NCBI RefSeq assembly: GCF_036365525.1
Contig: NC_090376.1
Location: 138,024,986 to 138,088,985 of the forward strand
DNA from: Heterodontus francisci
Taxonomy: Eukaryota
Reading direction: 5' to 3'
Length of the DNA: 64,000 nucleotides
The translations under genes and the position numbers were made by a program. How positions within the stretch are numbered: the first letter of the stretch is position 1; each line of letters starts with the position of its first letter. The notes below the pieces were generated by a model, which ran no database searches, was not told the origin of the DNA, and worked only from the letters and a program-made list of their open reading frames with translations. Positions 52,707 through 63,900 of this stretch are shown piece after piece.

Positions 52707-53400
52707 TGTGGCACTAGTTTGCCTGTGGCCGGGGTTGACCTGCTCCTAGGCAATGATCGGGCGGGGGTGAACGTAGCCCCCCCAGTAGTGAAAGAAAGAC
52801 CGCTGGTGGTCAGAGAGACAAGGCCGTGGCGGGTGACGGACCCTTGCGGTTTCCATGAATGTGTAGTGGATCAAGCCATGATCAAACCAGCTCCCCCAGA
52901 GGAGACTGCATTGGCACTGCAGGCATATGACCATGAGGTCTGCCTGTCTGAGACTTTCCTTGAATAGTTAGGAGACCCAGGGAATGAATTAAATGGATTT
53001 TCGCTAGCTGAGTCTCAGCCAGCCGACCCAGTATTGCGAAAGTTCGCACAGGTTGCCCAATTTGAAAGTGAAGCAGAGGGAGTCCATGGTTGCTACTATT
53101 TAAAGAATGAGGTACTGATGAGGAAATGGAGTTCTCCTCACAGACCTGAAAGCAAGGACAGTAGTTCACCAGTTAGTGATGCTGCAGAGATACCGGAAAA
53201 AAATATTAAGAAGGGCCCACGAGAATACTATGGCTGTACATGCCGGTATATGATACCCAAAGCCCACATAAGACAGCAGTTTGACTGGCCAAAAAAACAA
53301 AAAGATGTGGTGGAGTACTGCAAGAGTTGCCACATGTGCCAGGGGAAACACCAACCTACAGTGAAATCTGACACCTAAGTCTTGTACCGGTGTTAGGAGA
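52707..53400 (+). pseudogene. Protease C-terminus and integrase N-terminal zinc-binding remnant
   Basis: LPVAGVDLLLGND, then YYLKNEVLMRKW and IRQQFDWPKKQKDVVEYCKSCHMCQ directly downstream (integrase-before-RT order). Confidence 0.8.
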
Positions 53401-54231
53401 ACCCTCCAGCAGAGGGCTCGTGAATGGTAAGTGACCTCTGCCAAGAACAACGGGGGACAAGCGGGCACAAGGCTGGCAAATAGTTAGACAAGGAAGGGGT
53501 AAAAGTGACCAAGAAGGCAAGTTAAAGGAAGTCCGGGAGGAATCCCAGTTGAAAACCCTTACTGTCCGGTCAGCCAACCCCAAAAATGTGAAAAGTTAGA
53601 CCCCACATCCTCCTACATAATTACAAACACTAGAAGCACCCCACCAGAGTTGCTAACAGCATTTACAGGAACCTGCAGAGACAAAAAAAGACCTCTGGGG
53701 GACAAAAGAAACCATGAGGGTGATGCCTCACCTAGTCAAGATGCCACAGGGGAGTGCAATAGACTGTGCATAAATACCTGCAGGCAGGAGTGTGCTCTGG
53801 GCAAAGGGGAGATTAGTCAAGAATCCTCCCCCACAGTCAGAAAAAAGTGAAACACCCATCCCCTGAAGTCAAAAGCCTTTACATGACTCAGCAAAGCACT
53901 GAGTGTTAAAGATAGACCTGCCCATTCCTGACTTTTTTTTATAAACTACCTCAACAGTAACAAAGACCCTGGGCAGCCATGGAAATGGGCAAACAGAAGC
54001 TAAACTTCCCAAAAATAAAAGAAGCACATGTTTATTTGGATGTCAAAGAAGGGACAATTAAAGCAGCATTGGCACCAAGAGAAGACAGGCTGTAATAAGT
54101 TTTAGGATTTATGAATGAATGGGAATGAATGAGAGAAATGCATTTTTTTTCTGCATCTTATATTTTTCTCACGACCCTTTTAATGAAATGCGCTTTTCTC
54201 AAATGGCATTTCATTCCTCTGGATGTGAAGG

Positions 54232-55080
54232 TGTCATGCTCGGTCCCCACCTGTCAAAAATGAGGCTCATCAATTTTGTCATGAACATTGATTTTTAACT
54301 GTTGTTGCAGTGAGGAAATGGTTTATTAAACAGATCAGCCGAAGCTGGAAATTTTTTTACATATTAACAGAAATCGAATGTGAGTAAGTGCATTGAAGGG
54401 CCTGCTAAGGAGGATACAATCCACAAGGGCCAGGACTGGTTAGACCAGTTGGTTACATGACGACCTGGCTGTTCCAGGGTTTTCTTTTGAACTGGCCGCA
54501 GAGAGTTTGAAGGCAGAGTTTCTGTTTTTTCCTGGACTGAGAAAATCTCTCTCCTGTCTGCTCCCATGTCTTTCTCACAAGCCTCTGAATCCACTGATGA
54601 CACATGAACCGCAAGAGAGAAAAGTCTCCTGCAGCGAACAAGCTTTAAGAAGAATACTGGGTCCCACCAAAAAGCAAGATCTATCTACAATCAAGGACTC
54701 TACAGTGAGCTCGAAGAACCATAACAAAAACTCTTCAGATATTGCCTCAGACTTTTCCGCATTATTTTTCTTCTGCTCTTTTCTGTCTTTATTTGCATGT
54801 GTGCATCACATGTGCATGCTAGCCTGGGCACATTGTGTATCCATATGTATTAACCGAATTAGAGTTTAAGTTTAAGTTTAACAATTTTCAGCTTTTCATC
54901 TTTAAACCTAACAAAGCCTGTTTGTGCTGGTTTCTTTGCCTTATAAATTGGAAAGCGGTGAACAAGGATTCACCAAGGGGGAGCTAAAAACATGGTGTGT
55001 TTAAAATTAAACGCTGTTACGGTAAGACCAGGTGAAGGCTGAGAGGGAACCCTAGACATCTTTCTCACCTGGTCGTAACA
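54232..55080 (+). repeat. 3' LTR
   Basis: Direct repeat of 47209-48050. Confidence 0.92.
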
Positions 55081-55411
55081 TTTGTCATAACAATTTTGCT
55101 GCCAAAATTAACTAGAGAGGTTATTCTATTGCACATGGCTTTCATGCACTGGAAGATAGGCATTACTATTCACTGGTAGCAAAATCTGCTGGCTCGTCTT
55201 ACCAAATGTAGCATTCTAGCTGCAACCATTTGCAGGGTACAGTTATCATTGTGTGTTTATATTTATGAAGAGCCACGGGTGAGAGCACGGAGACCAAATG
55301 CTGTCAAGTATAGGATAACCCTTGAATCACAGGTGTTATATGCACATAAACACCTCAAACATCCCTATATTTTCTTATTATTATTTAAATGTAGTGCAGT
55401 AAAGTGTACAG

Positions 55412-55960
55412 TAACAACAATTTGCATTTATATAGTGCCTTCAATGTATCAAAATACCTCAAAGCGCTTCATGAAGCATTATAAAACACAATTTGACACT
55501 GAACTACATAAAAAGATGTGAGGGCAATGACCAAAATCTTGCTCAAAGAGCTAGGTTTTAAGAATCATTTTAAAGGAGAAAAGAGAAGTAGAGAGGCGGA
55601 GAAGTTTAGGGAGGGAATTCCAGAGCTTAGGGTCCAGGCAACTAAAGGCACCATCACCTATGGTGGAGCAGTGGAAATCTAAGTTGCAGAAGAGGCCAGA
55701 ATTGGAGGAGTGCAGAGATCCCGGAGGGCTGTAGATCCAAATGAGGCCACAGAGATAGGGAGATTCAGGGCCATGGAGGAATCTGAACACAAGTATGAGA
55801 AGATTAATATCGAGGCATTGCAGAATAGGGGCCAATGTATGTCAGCAAGCACAGGGGCGATGGGTGATCAGGACTTGGCGTGAGTTACAATACAAACAGC
55901 AGCTCAAGGTTACCAAGAGTGGAAAGTGGTAGGCCAGCCAGGAGAGCATTGGAATAACAA
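55412..55960 (-). mobile_element. L2 LINE 3' fragment
   Basis: LLILVFRFLHG..PYL, GDGAFSCLDPKLWNSLP, SFKMILKT. The tail GCACTATATAAATGCAA is shared with the Deu-SINE 3' ends. Confidence 0.85.
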
Positions 55961-57469
55961 TGAAATAGCAGAATAAATAATGGAGTAGCCATTAATGTTA
56001 CAAATTTCTTTCACATTTTTGGTCACAAGTGCAAAAGCTGTAACTCCGATCTATATAAATGTGCAATAAAAGCCTTGGGGGAATGCAAACTTTATGACCT
56101 GCTGAGAGCAGTGGGTGTGGGGGGTGGGGGGGCTGGAGGTGGGGGCTGGACTGCACAGGTCCACAGCATGCGCCTGATTTACAGGCTTGACTTCCAGTCG
56201 GGCAGGAAACACTGGACAGGAAACCACAGGAGCAGGTAGATCCGATCCCTGACCCGGGAGGAGGGTCTAATCCCTGATCCCAGGGTGAGTCTGATCCCTG
56301 AAGAAGTCTGACTCCCAATCCTGGGAAATGGTCTGATCCCCAATGTGTTTGGGGGGTGGGGGGGTAGTACTGTGATCCTAGGGGAGATCCGATTGCCGGT
56401 CAGTGGTGGGGTGGAGCGTTGGGGACTTGGTGGGATATCCAATCCAATGGGGGGGATCTGATGCTGGGCTGGGGTGGGGTGGGGGGAGATCCTATGACCC
56501 TGATGAGGGGTGGTGGGGGGAGGGTGCCGATGATGTCTGACCATGAGCTATGGCCGATCCAGAGCCAGGGGTATCAGATGTCCAATTGCAGGGAGGGAAC
56601 TGATCCAGGGAGACAGGGGATCGGGTAAGTTTAAAATTGGGGCTTTAATTTTAGCTAACCTAATGTGATTTATGTTAAATGGACATCAATAGTGATCACA
56701 TGTGTCTCTTAAGATGTCAGAGGTTTCCCCACAACAGTTTACATTTTGTAAACAACAATTCCAGTTGCCATTTGTATGGTGGCCTCTTCATTTTTGCCTT
56801 GTTTCGTATAATGAGTTCACTATAAAATAATCACTTAGTTTCTTCAGAACTGCAAAGTATTAAAATGATTTGTCCACAGCTCAAGCCACTCAATAAAATT
56901 CACAATATCTTATGGATATTGTACACTGTACACTACTGATGATGATCAATATATTGTAACCAAAGAACAGCTGCAATATGAAGAAAAGATTACTCTGATA
57001 ACTTAAGTTCACAAATGGCCCATAGTGGTTCGAAGTTACATTTGCTGTACAGGTAATAAATGTTATACTTCCGAGCTTCAATTTAAAATCCTGCTACACG
57101 CAGTAAACAAGGATAAAGGAAGAATTTGAAGAGACGCTGAACCATTTACCAAAATTGGAGGTCTTCCACAGCCAGCTTCTGTGACCCAGGCCACCCTAGC
57201 CCTGCAGATGACCATTAGAGCAGATTGCAGATTGCAGCTGTGGCTTTTCAATATTCCACCCACACATAAACTTCAGGGAGTTTAGAAAAAAAAGGACATA
57301 TATCAAAGTAAGCCATAAAATGGGCATTTGACTGGATTGATGAAACTAGAAAATCCTGTATACTTTATATTCTCTGGTTGAATCTGAGACTTTATCTTAG
57401 GCTCTGACTGGGGACCACAAGATCAACAGCATTGCTAGAGAGCCCGTATGCACAATCGGCAGAATAATT

Positions 57470-58162
57470 GGGCTGAGCCAAGTCAGGAATAGAGGTGGAC
57501 AGGACCCAAAAATACCGGTGCTGGCCGGCGTGCCAGTTTCCCGACTCTGTTCCCAGCGCCAGCCATTTTAGGGGATGTGGGTTTGGGGCCCGGCAGGACT
57601 GCCTGCTTCCATGAGGTGGGCAGCCAATTAGGCTCATTAAGAGCCTTGTTAAGGGCAGTTGCAGGAGGTCTACTGGGATTTTCCAATCAGCCTCCAAGGG
57701 GCAGTTTAACTGCCTTGAGGCGGGCACCCAGTAGCAGGCTGGGGTGTCAGTGCTCCTAGCAGGCCTACAGGCCTTGGTATGGGTGCAGCGAAAAGTTGCC
57801 AAATAGAGGAATTCCTCCCATGAAACCCCCACCCTGCCCCCACAACAATGGTGGATTGGCTGCTTTTCATATTTTTCATTGGAAGTTTTTTTAAAGTTGG
57901 TGAAAGAGACCTTCATGTTGAAGTGCCCTCTCAGTTACTTACCTTATACTGCAGCTCTCAACCTGTATAGCCTCTAATTGGCTCTCCAAATCTCAGAGCC
58001 CTCTTGCCACCCTTAATTGGACAGGGATCCTGTCTACATGCCAATTCAGGGTGTGCCCCATGCAAAATTCAAGGTTAGTGATTGTTTCCCCCTGGGGTTG
58101 AGTTCAGGACCTGGGGAAACAGTTTGGAGCAGTTTCCCAGCCCCAAAGCAAAAATTCAGCCC
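57470..58162. mobile_element. Harbinger-type MITE, diverged
   Basis: Termini GGGCTGA / AAAATTCAGCCC, flanks ATT/AAT, internal ACTTACCT. Confidence 0.7.
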
Positions 58163-59719
58163 AATATTTAGGAACTAACAACTATGCTCAGCACAAAAGG
58201 GTTAACTGATGCTACTCTAGGAGAATTTCAACCTCAGATAGAACATAATATTTTGACACAACTATAATAATCCACAAATAAAATGTGATTTGGTAATAAT
58301 CATTTTTTTGTTCATCTGAGATGTCTGACTTGAGATTTCCCAATAAAACTAAGTCAAATATGTTTTACAAACATCGATAAGGGACTTATCTGCAGAGGCT
58401 CAATGAATTTTCAGAGACACACACACTGGCTGAAAGGAATACGTAAACCTTTTGCACTTTTCTCATCAATTACATTATCTTTTCAGATACTGCTCTGTGG
58501 AAAACATATTTTCTTCCATAAAATGTTTTGCTGTTACATACGAATTTCTATTTTATTAACTTATTTATTTTAGAGCTTTCTCAACCTCTCATAGTAGATT
58601 TGTAATCTCTAAAATGTGCATTAATCTTTTGGTTTGATATTGTTGTTGCACCCACTGCAATATTGCTGAAGTGCTTCAAATCTCAGCACTGTTATTTTAG
58701 ACAGAATGTTGTAGTGAGGCTGCAGCAGTCGTTATGTTCCTGACATAGATCCACAGGTTTAGGTCAGCCTTCTTCTTTGTGCCACTCTGCACACAATGTT
58801 GTAGAGGACTAACAGCATAGCCATAGTCTATTGATCCATTCCACATTGTGTTGCTGACACAAGCATAGTCTGATCAAGGATTCCAAAGGCATGACATAAG
58901 GAAAGTGAATACTTTTTTAGTTAAGAAATCAGGCCCAGAAGTTTAGGAGCATCAATATTTGGGTGCGCGAGGTTCAAAGGGACCATCCTGCACTAGAATG
59001 GTGAGACCTGAGGTGCACGAGATACAGTTCAATGGACCCCATTGTAATAGAGACGACAAAGTGTGTGCTTACTGCCTGCCAGTCCCTGATCTTCAGCTAG
59101 AACTTGAGGCTTAAGAAAGCTTGGGCTGTTGATATCTGCGTAAATACTGCGATCCAGTGACCTCTAATGCTGACCCTGTTAAACATTGAGGGGTCAGAAG
59201 GAGATCATGGAGGTTAAATTGGATAGCCCTTGAAAACAGCTTCAGAGATTGTGATGCATAATTACCCCATACCTGTTAAATGTAATGCAGACAGCTTCAT
59301 GCTGTTTGCTCATTATCAGGATTCCTGCATGCAACCAGCACTAACCAGGCTGTTTATTGGCTGTACACATCAGCAGAGGGCCAATTCGTTATTTGCTCAC
59401 ACTACTTAAAGCTAGCCTACAGTGCTTAATATAAGCCTGTACCTTTTAAAGGGAAGGTTCGCTATGACTGCTGAAGGTGCTGACATCATTTGGAACAGTG
59501 CTGTGTAACAAAGAACAATGGCAGACCATGGGAGAGCGATTGCACCAAACTTTTCTGACACTGCACTGAAGGTTCTTTGAACTGAAAGTTTTTTGAAGAA
59601 GTAACATGTGCTGTGGATAAAGGGGAACCATTGGATGTATTATACTTAAAATCCTAGAAGGCATTTGATAAGGTACCACATCAAAGGTTATTGTGGAAAA
59701 TAAAAGTTCATGGTGTAGA

Positions 59720-60684
59720 ACAAAACAAAGAACAGTACAGCACAGGAACAGGCCATTCGGCCCTCCAAGCCTGCGCCGATCTTGATGCCTGCCTAAACTA
59801 AAACCTTCTGCACTTCCAGGGTCCGTATCCCTCTATTCCCATCCTATTCATGTATTTGTCAAGATGCCTCTTAAACGTCTCCATGGTACCTGCTTCCACC
59901 ACCTCCCCCAGCAACAAGTTCCAGGCACTCACCACCCTCTGTGTAAAGAACTTGCCTCGCACATCCCCTCTAAACTTTGCCCCTCGCACCTTAAACCTAT
60001 GTCCCCTAGTAACTGACTCTTCCACCCTGGGAAAAAGCTTCTGACTATCCACTCTGTCCATGCCACTTATAACTTTGTAAACCTCTATCATGTCATCCCT
60101 CCACCTCCGTCGTTCCAGTGAAAACAATCCGAGTTTATCCAACCTCTCCTCATAGCTAATGCCCTCCAGACCAGGCAACATCCTGGTAAACCTCTTCTGT
60201 ACCCTCTCCAAAGCCTCCACGTCCTTCTGGTAGTGTGGCGACCAGAATTGCACGCAATATTTTAGGTGCAGCCTAACTAAAGTTCTGTACAGCTGCAGCA
60301 GGACTTGCCTATTTTTATACTCTATGCCCCGACCGATGAAGACAAGCATGCCGTATGCCTTCTTGACTACCTTATCCACCTGCGTTGCCACTTTCAGTGA
60401 CCTGTGGACCTGTACGCCCAGATCTCTCTGCCTGTCAATACTCCTAAGGGTTCTGCCATTTACTGTATACTTCCCACCTGCATTAGACCTTCCAAGATGC
60501 ATTACCTCACATTTGTCCGAATTAAACTCCGCCCAAGTCTCCAACTGATCTATATCCTGCTGTATCCTCTGACAATCCTCATCACTATCTGCAACTCCAC
60601 CAACCTTTGTATTGTCTGCAAACTTACTAATCAGACCAGCTACATTTTCCTCCAAATCATTTATATATACTACAATATATACTA
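59720..60684 (-). mobile_element. Young 5'-truncated CR1 LINE with open ORF2 C-terminus
   Basis: The 302-aa ORF 59798-60706 (YINDL..FADNTK..FTQRVVSAWN) has no stops. TSD TGTAGA at 59714-59719 and 60685-60690. Confidence 0.93.
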
Positions 60685-60739
60685 TGTAGAGGTAACATAT
60701 TGGCATGGATAGAAAATTGGCTAGCTAACAGGGAACAGA

Positions 60740-61432
60740 GAGCTGAATTTTACTGACCCCCCCTGACATTGGGGATTGTGGTGGGGGGGCCCAGAAAATG
60801 CCTCTGGGATATGCCCACCATGGGCCTCAATGCCGAGAAGGCACGGGCCCATATTGCCAGTGACGGCGAGGCCTCATGATGGCACCCCTCGCCACTCGGC
60901 AACAGGAGCAGAATTTCAATATGTTTATCAATGCAAATTGATGAATTAATGACTTACCTGCTCCTGTCGGCCGTCCCGCTCCGATGTTACGGTCATTGGC
61001 CGGCACTCCCAATGTGGAAAATTGATCGGGAAGGGGGAGGAGGTAAGTATTTCAGTGCGAAAGTGGGGGAGTGGGGTCAAACTAATATGATGGGTGTTGG
61101 GGATTCTGGGAAGGGTTAAAGATAAAAGTTTGTGAACTTTGGGGGCGGGAATGCTAAGGTACACAAGGTAAGTATTTTGGTGGGGAGAGGGCATGGAATG
61201 AGTGTATTGGGGGGTGGGAGTGGGGCTAGATAATTTTTTTTTCTATTTATATGTAAAATGCATGTAACGTTGAAAATTCTAATTAATGTAACGGTTTGAA
61301 GCCCTTTAAAAATGGCATTGGTGCCTGCGCAATGGCGCCGGATACCGTGGCCAGGGACGGACTGCCCGTGGAGTAAAGCCCGCATGTGTGGGCTGCCATT
61401 TTTCACAGCTGCCGCATCATAAAATCCAGGCC
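60740..61432. mobile_element. Harbinger-type MITE inserted into the CR1 RT
   Basis: TIRs GAGCTGAATTTTA / TAAAATCCAGGCC, TSD AGA/AGA. Removal restores the CR1 sequence AACAGAGAGTAGGCATAAATGG. Confidence 0.9.
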
Positions 61433-62980
61433 AGAGAGTAGGCATAAATGGGTCATTTTCTGGTTAGCAAGATGTAACAAGTGGTGTGCCACAGGGATCA
61501 CTGCAGGGGCCTCAACCTTTTACAATTTATATAAATGACTTGGATGAAGTAGTTGAAGGTAAGTTTCCTAAATTTGCTAATGACACAAAGATAGGTAGGA
61601 AAGTAAGTTGAGAGGAGGATATAAGGAGGCTACAAAGGGATATAACTAGATTAAGTAAGTGGGCAAGCATCTGACAAATGGATTATAATGTGGGAAGATG
61701 TGAAATTGTCCATTTTGGCAGCAAGAATAAAAAAAGAAGCATATTATCTAAATAGTGAGTGATTGCAGAGCTCTGAGATGCAGAGGGATCAGGGTGTCCT
61801 AGTGTATGCATCGCAAAAGGTTAGTATGCAGGTAATTAGGAACGCTAATAGAATGTTATTGTTTATTGCAAGGAGAATTAAATACAAAAGTAGGGAGGTT
61901 ATGCTTCAGTTATACAGGTAATTGGTGAGACTACATCTGGAGTACTCTGTACAGGATTGGTCTCCTTATTTAAGGAAGGATGTAAATGCATTGGAGGCAG
62001 TTCAGAGAAGGTTTCCTAGACTAATACCTGGAATGGGTGGGTTGTCTTATGAGGAAAGATTGGACAGGCTAGGCTCGTAGCCACTGGAATTTAGAAGAGT
62101 AAGAGGCGACTTGATTGAAACATATAAGATCCTGAGGGGTCTTGATAGGATGGATGTGGAAAGAATGTTTCCCCTTGTGGGAGAATCTAGATCTAGGGGT
62201 CACTGCTTAAAAATAAGGGGTTGCACATTTAATACAGAGATGAGGAGAATTTTTTTCTCAGAGTTGTGAGTCTATGGAACTCTCTTCCTCAAAAGGCAGT
62301 AGAAGCAGGGTATTCAAATATTTTTAAGGCAGAGGCGGATAGATTCTTGATAACCTTTCACCCTCTTGTTTATCAGGGGTAGGCGGGAATGTGGAGTCAA
62401 GGTTCCAATCCGGTCAGCCATGATCCTATTGAATGGCAGAGCATGACCGAGGGGCAGAGTAGCCTACTTCTGCTCCTTGTTTGTATGTAAGGTCTTGGTG
62501 GAAGAGTTGGAAAGAAGACATACATGTCCTCTATCAGCAGAGGGGCAGGAGGCCTATCAGACACATGGTGAGAAGGTTGTGGAAGAATATAGACATGGAC
62601 TATATCACCAGGAGTTTAGCCCTAAGGACCTGGTTGCAGGGCCACAAGAAGTTCAATGACCTTGTACGAATGGTTAAGGTCAGTAATTGCATCTTCAAAT
62701 GCCATATCCTACCAATTGCACCTCTAGCCCCAGCCACTGGCCAATTCACCACACCTCCATCACTCACCCTACCAACAAGTGCTATCAATCAGGATTCATA
62801 CCTAACATCCATAGGCTTCACCTCACCCTCACATACTTAGTACTGTTGCAAGCCTCACACCCACATCCCATAGCTTGCACCACTACTAGCTATTCAATCC
62901 TGCCAGCTACAACACCCAAACACACTGCACTGGACTCACTGACATACTTCCGTTTCTCTTGTAGGACAAGATGACCTACA

Positions 62981-63262
62981 CCCACCTAGAAGGACAAGGG
63001 CAGCAGATGCATGGGAATGCCACCACCTGGAAGTTCCCCTCCGAGCCACACACCATCCTGACACGGAACTATATTGCTGTTCCTTCACAGCCACTGCGTC
63101 AAAATCCTGGAACTCCCTCCCTAACAGCACTGTGGGTGCACGTACACCACGTGGACTGCAGCAGTTTAAGAAGGTGGCTCACCACCACCTTCGCAATGGC
63201 AATTAGGGATGGGCAATATACGCTGGCCTTTCCAGCGACACCCACATCCTATGGATGAATTT
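62981..63262 (+). mobile_element. 3' fragment of the second APE-RT LINE family
   Basis: AGAAGGACAAGGGCAGCAG...GCGACACCCACATCCTATGGATGAAT, matching the 3' ends of the other copies. Confidence 0.9.
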
Positions 63263-63436
63263 ACGAAAACAACCAGAGGCAGCAACACCTATTTGGAGGG
63301 GAAGAGGCATGCCAGCATGTTTTAACACCCATGGAGGAGACAGTGCTGGCCATTATCAGAAGGGCCGGTGTTGAGGCTGTGATCACTGGTCGAGCTGCAT
63401 CCATCAACCTAGGTATCCCCATGCCTAATCCTCCTG

Positions 63437-63900
63437 GCAGCTGTGGCTTAGTTGGTAGTGCTCTCACCTCTGAGTCACAAAGTTCCAGATTCAAGCCCCA
63501 ATTCAAAACTTGAGCACAAAAATCAAGGCTAACACTCAAGTGCAATAATGAGGGAGCACTGTCGGAGGAACCATCTATTGGATGAGACATTAAACTGAGG
63601 CGTCCATCCGCCAGCTCGGTTGGATGTAAATCACCCATGGTACAATTTTTTGAAGAAGAGCAGGGGAGTTATGCCATGTCCTGATCAATATTTATCCCTC
63701 AATCAACATGACTAAAAAACAGATTATCTGGTCATTATCACATTGCTGTTTATGGGAGTTTGCTGTACGTATACTGGCTGCCGCATTTCCTACATTGCAA
63801 CAGTGACTACACTTCAAAAAGTACTTCATTGGCTGTAAATCACTTTGAGACATCTGGTGGATGTGAATAGCACTATAAAAATGCAAGTTTTCTTTCCTTT
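63437..63900 (+). mobile_element. Full-length Deu-domain SINE (SacSINE1-like)
   Basis: tRNA-like head GCAGCTGTGGCTTAGTTGGTAG, central conserved domain and L2-like tail CACTATAAAAATGCAAG. Confidence 0.88.

Larger units (their letters stand above)
47209..55080 (+). mobile_element. Two-LTR Gmr1-like Ty3/gypsy retrotransposon, internally deleted (non-autonomous)
   Basis: LTRs 47209-48050 and 54232-55080 (TGTCATG...TAACA), TSD ATTG/TTTG. PBS-like AATTTGGGTGCT after the 5' LTR and a purine-rich tract before the 3' LTR. Gag, protease and integrase remnants inside. Confidence 0.92.
59578..62488 (+). mobile_element. 5'-truncated CR1 LINE, decayed, interrupted twice
   Basis: KAFDKVPHQRLL, SGVPQG, FANDTK, LVRLHLEY motifs and a CR1-type 3' UTR. 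Near-duplication AAGGT(T)CTT at both ends. Confidence 0.9.
59518..63412 (+). pseudogene. Harbinger-associated Myb/SANT-like DNA-binding gene, intron-containing, fragmented by insertions
   Basis: Pieces: MADHGRAIAPNFSDTALKVL (59518-59577); KVLVEELERR/VLYQQRGRRP...LWKNI...RTWLQGHKKFNDLVRMVK (62489-62678); GT..AG intron (62679-62964); DKMT; NQRQQHLFGGEEACQHVLTPMEETVLAII (~63268-63357). Confidence 0.8.

Noticed and set aside
56880-57280. Coding-looking stretches (DDQYIVTKEQLQYEEK; RIKEEFEETLNHLPKLE)
   Set aside because: Short, stop-bounded, with no consistent splice phase and no recognisable family.
59798-60706. 302-aa ORF as a host or domesticated gene
   Set aside because: It is the C-terminal part of a 5'-truncated CR1 ORF2 with TSD and 3' UTR. 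The start codon lies outside the insert.
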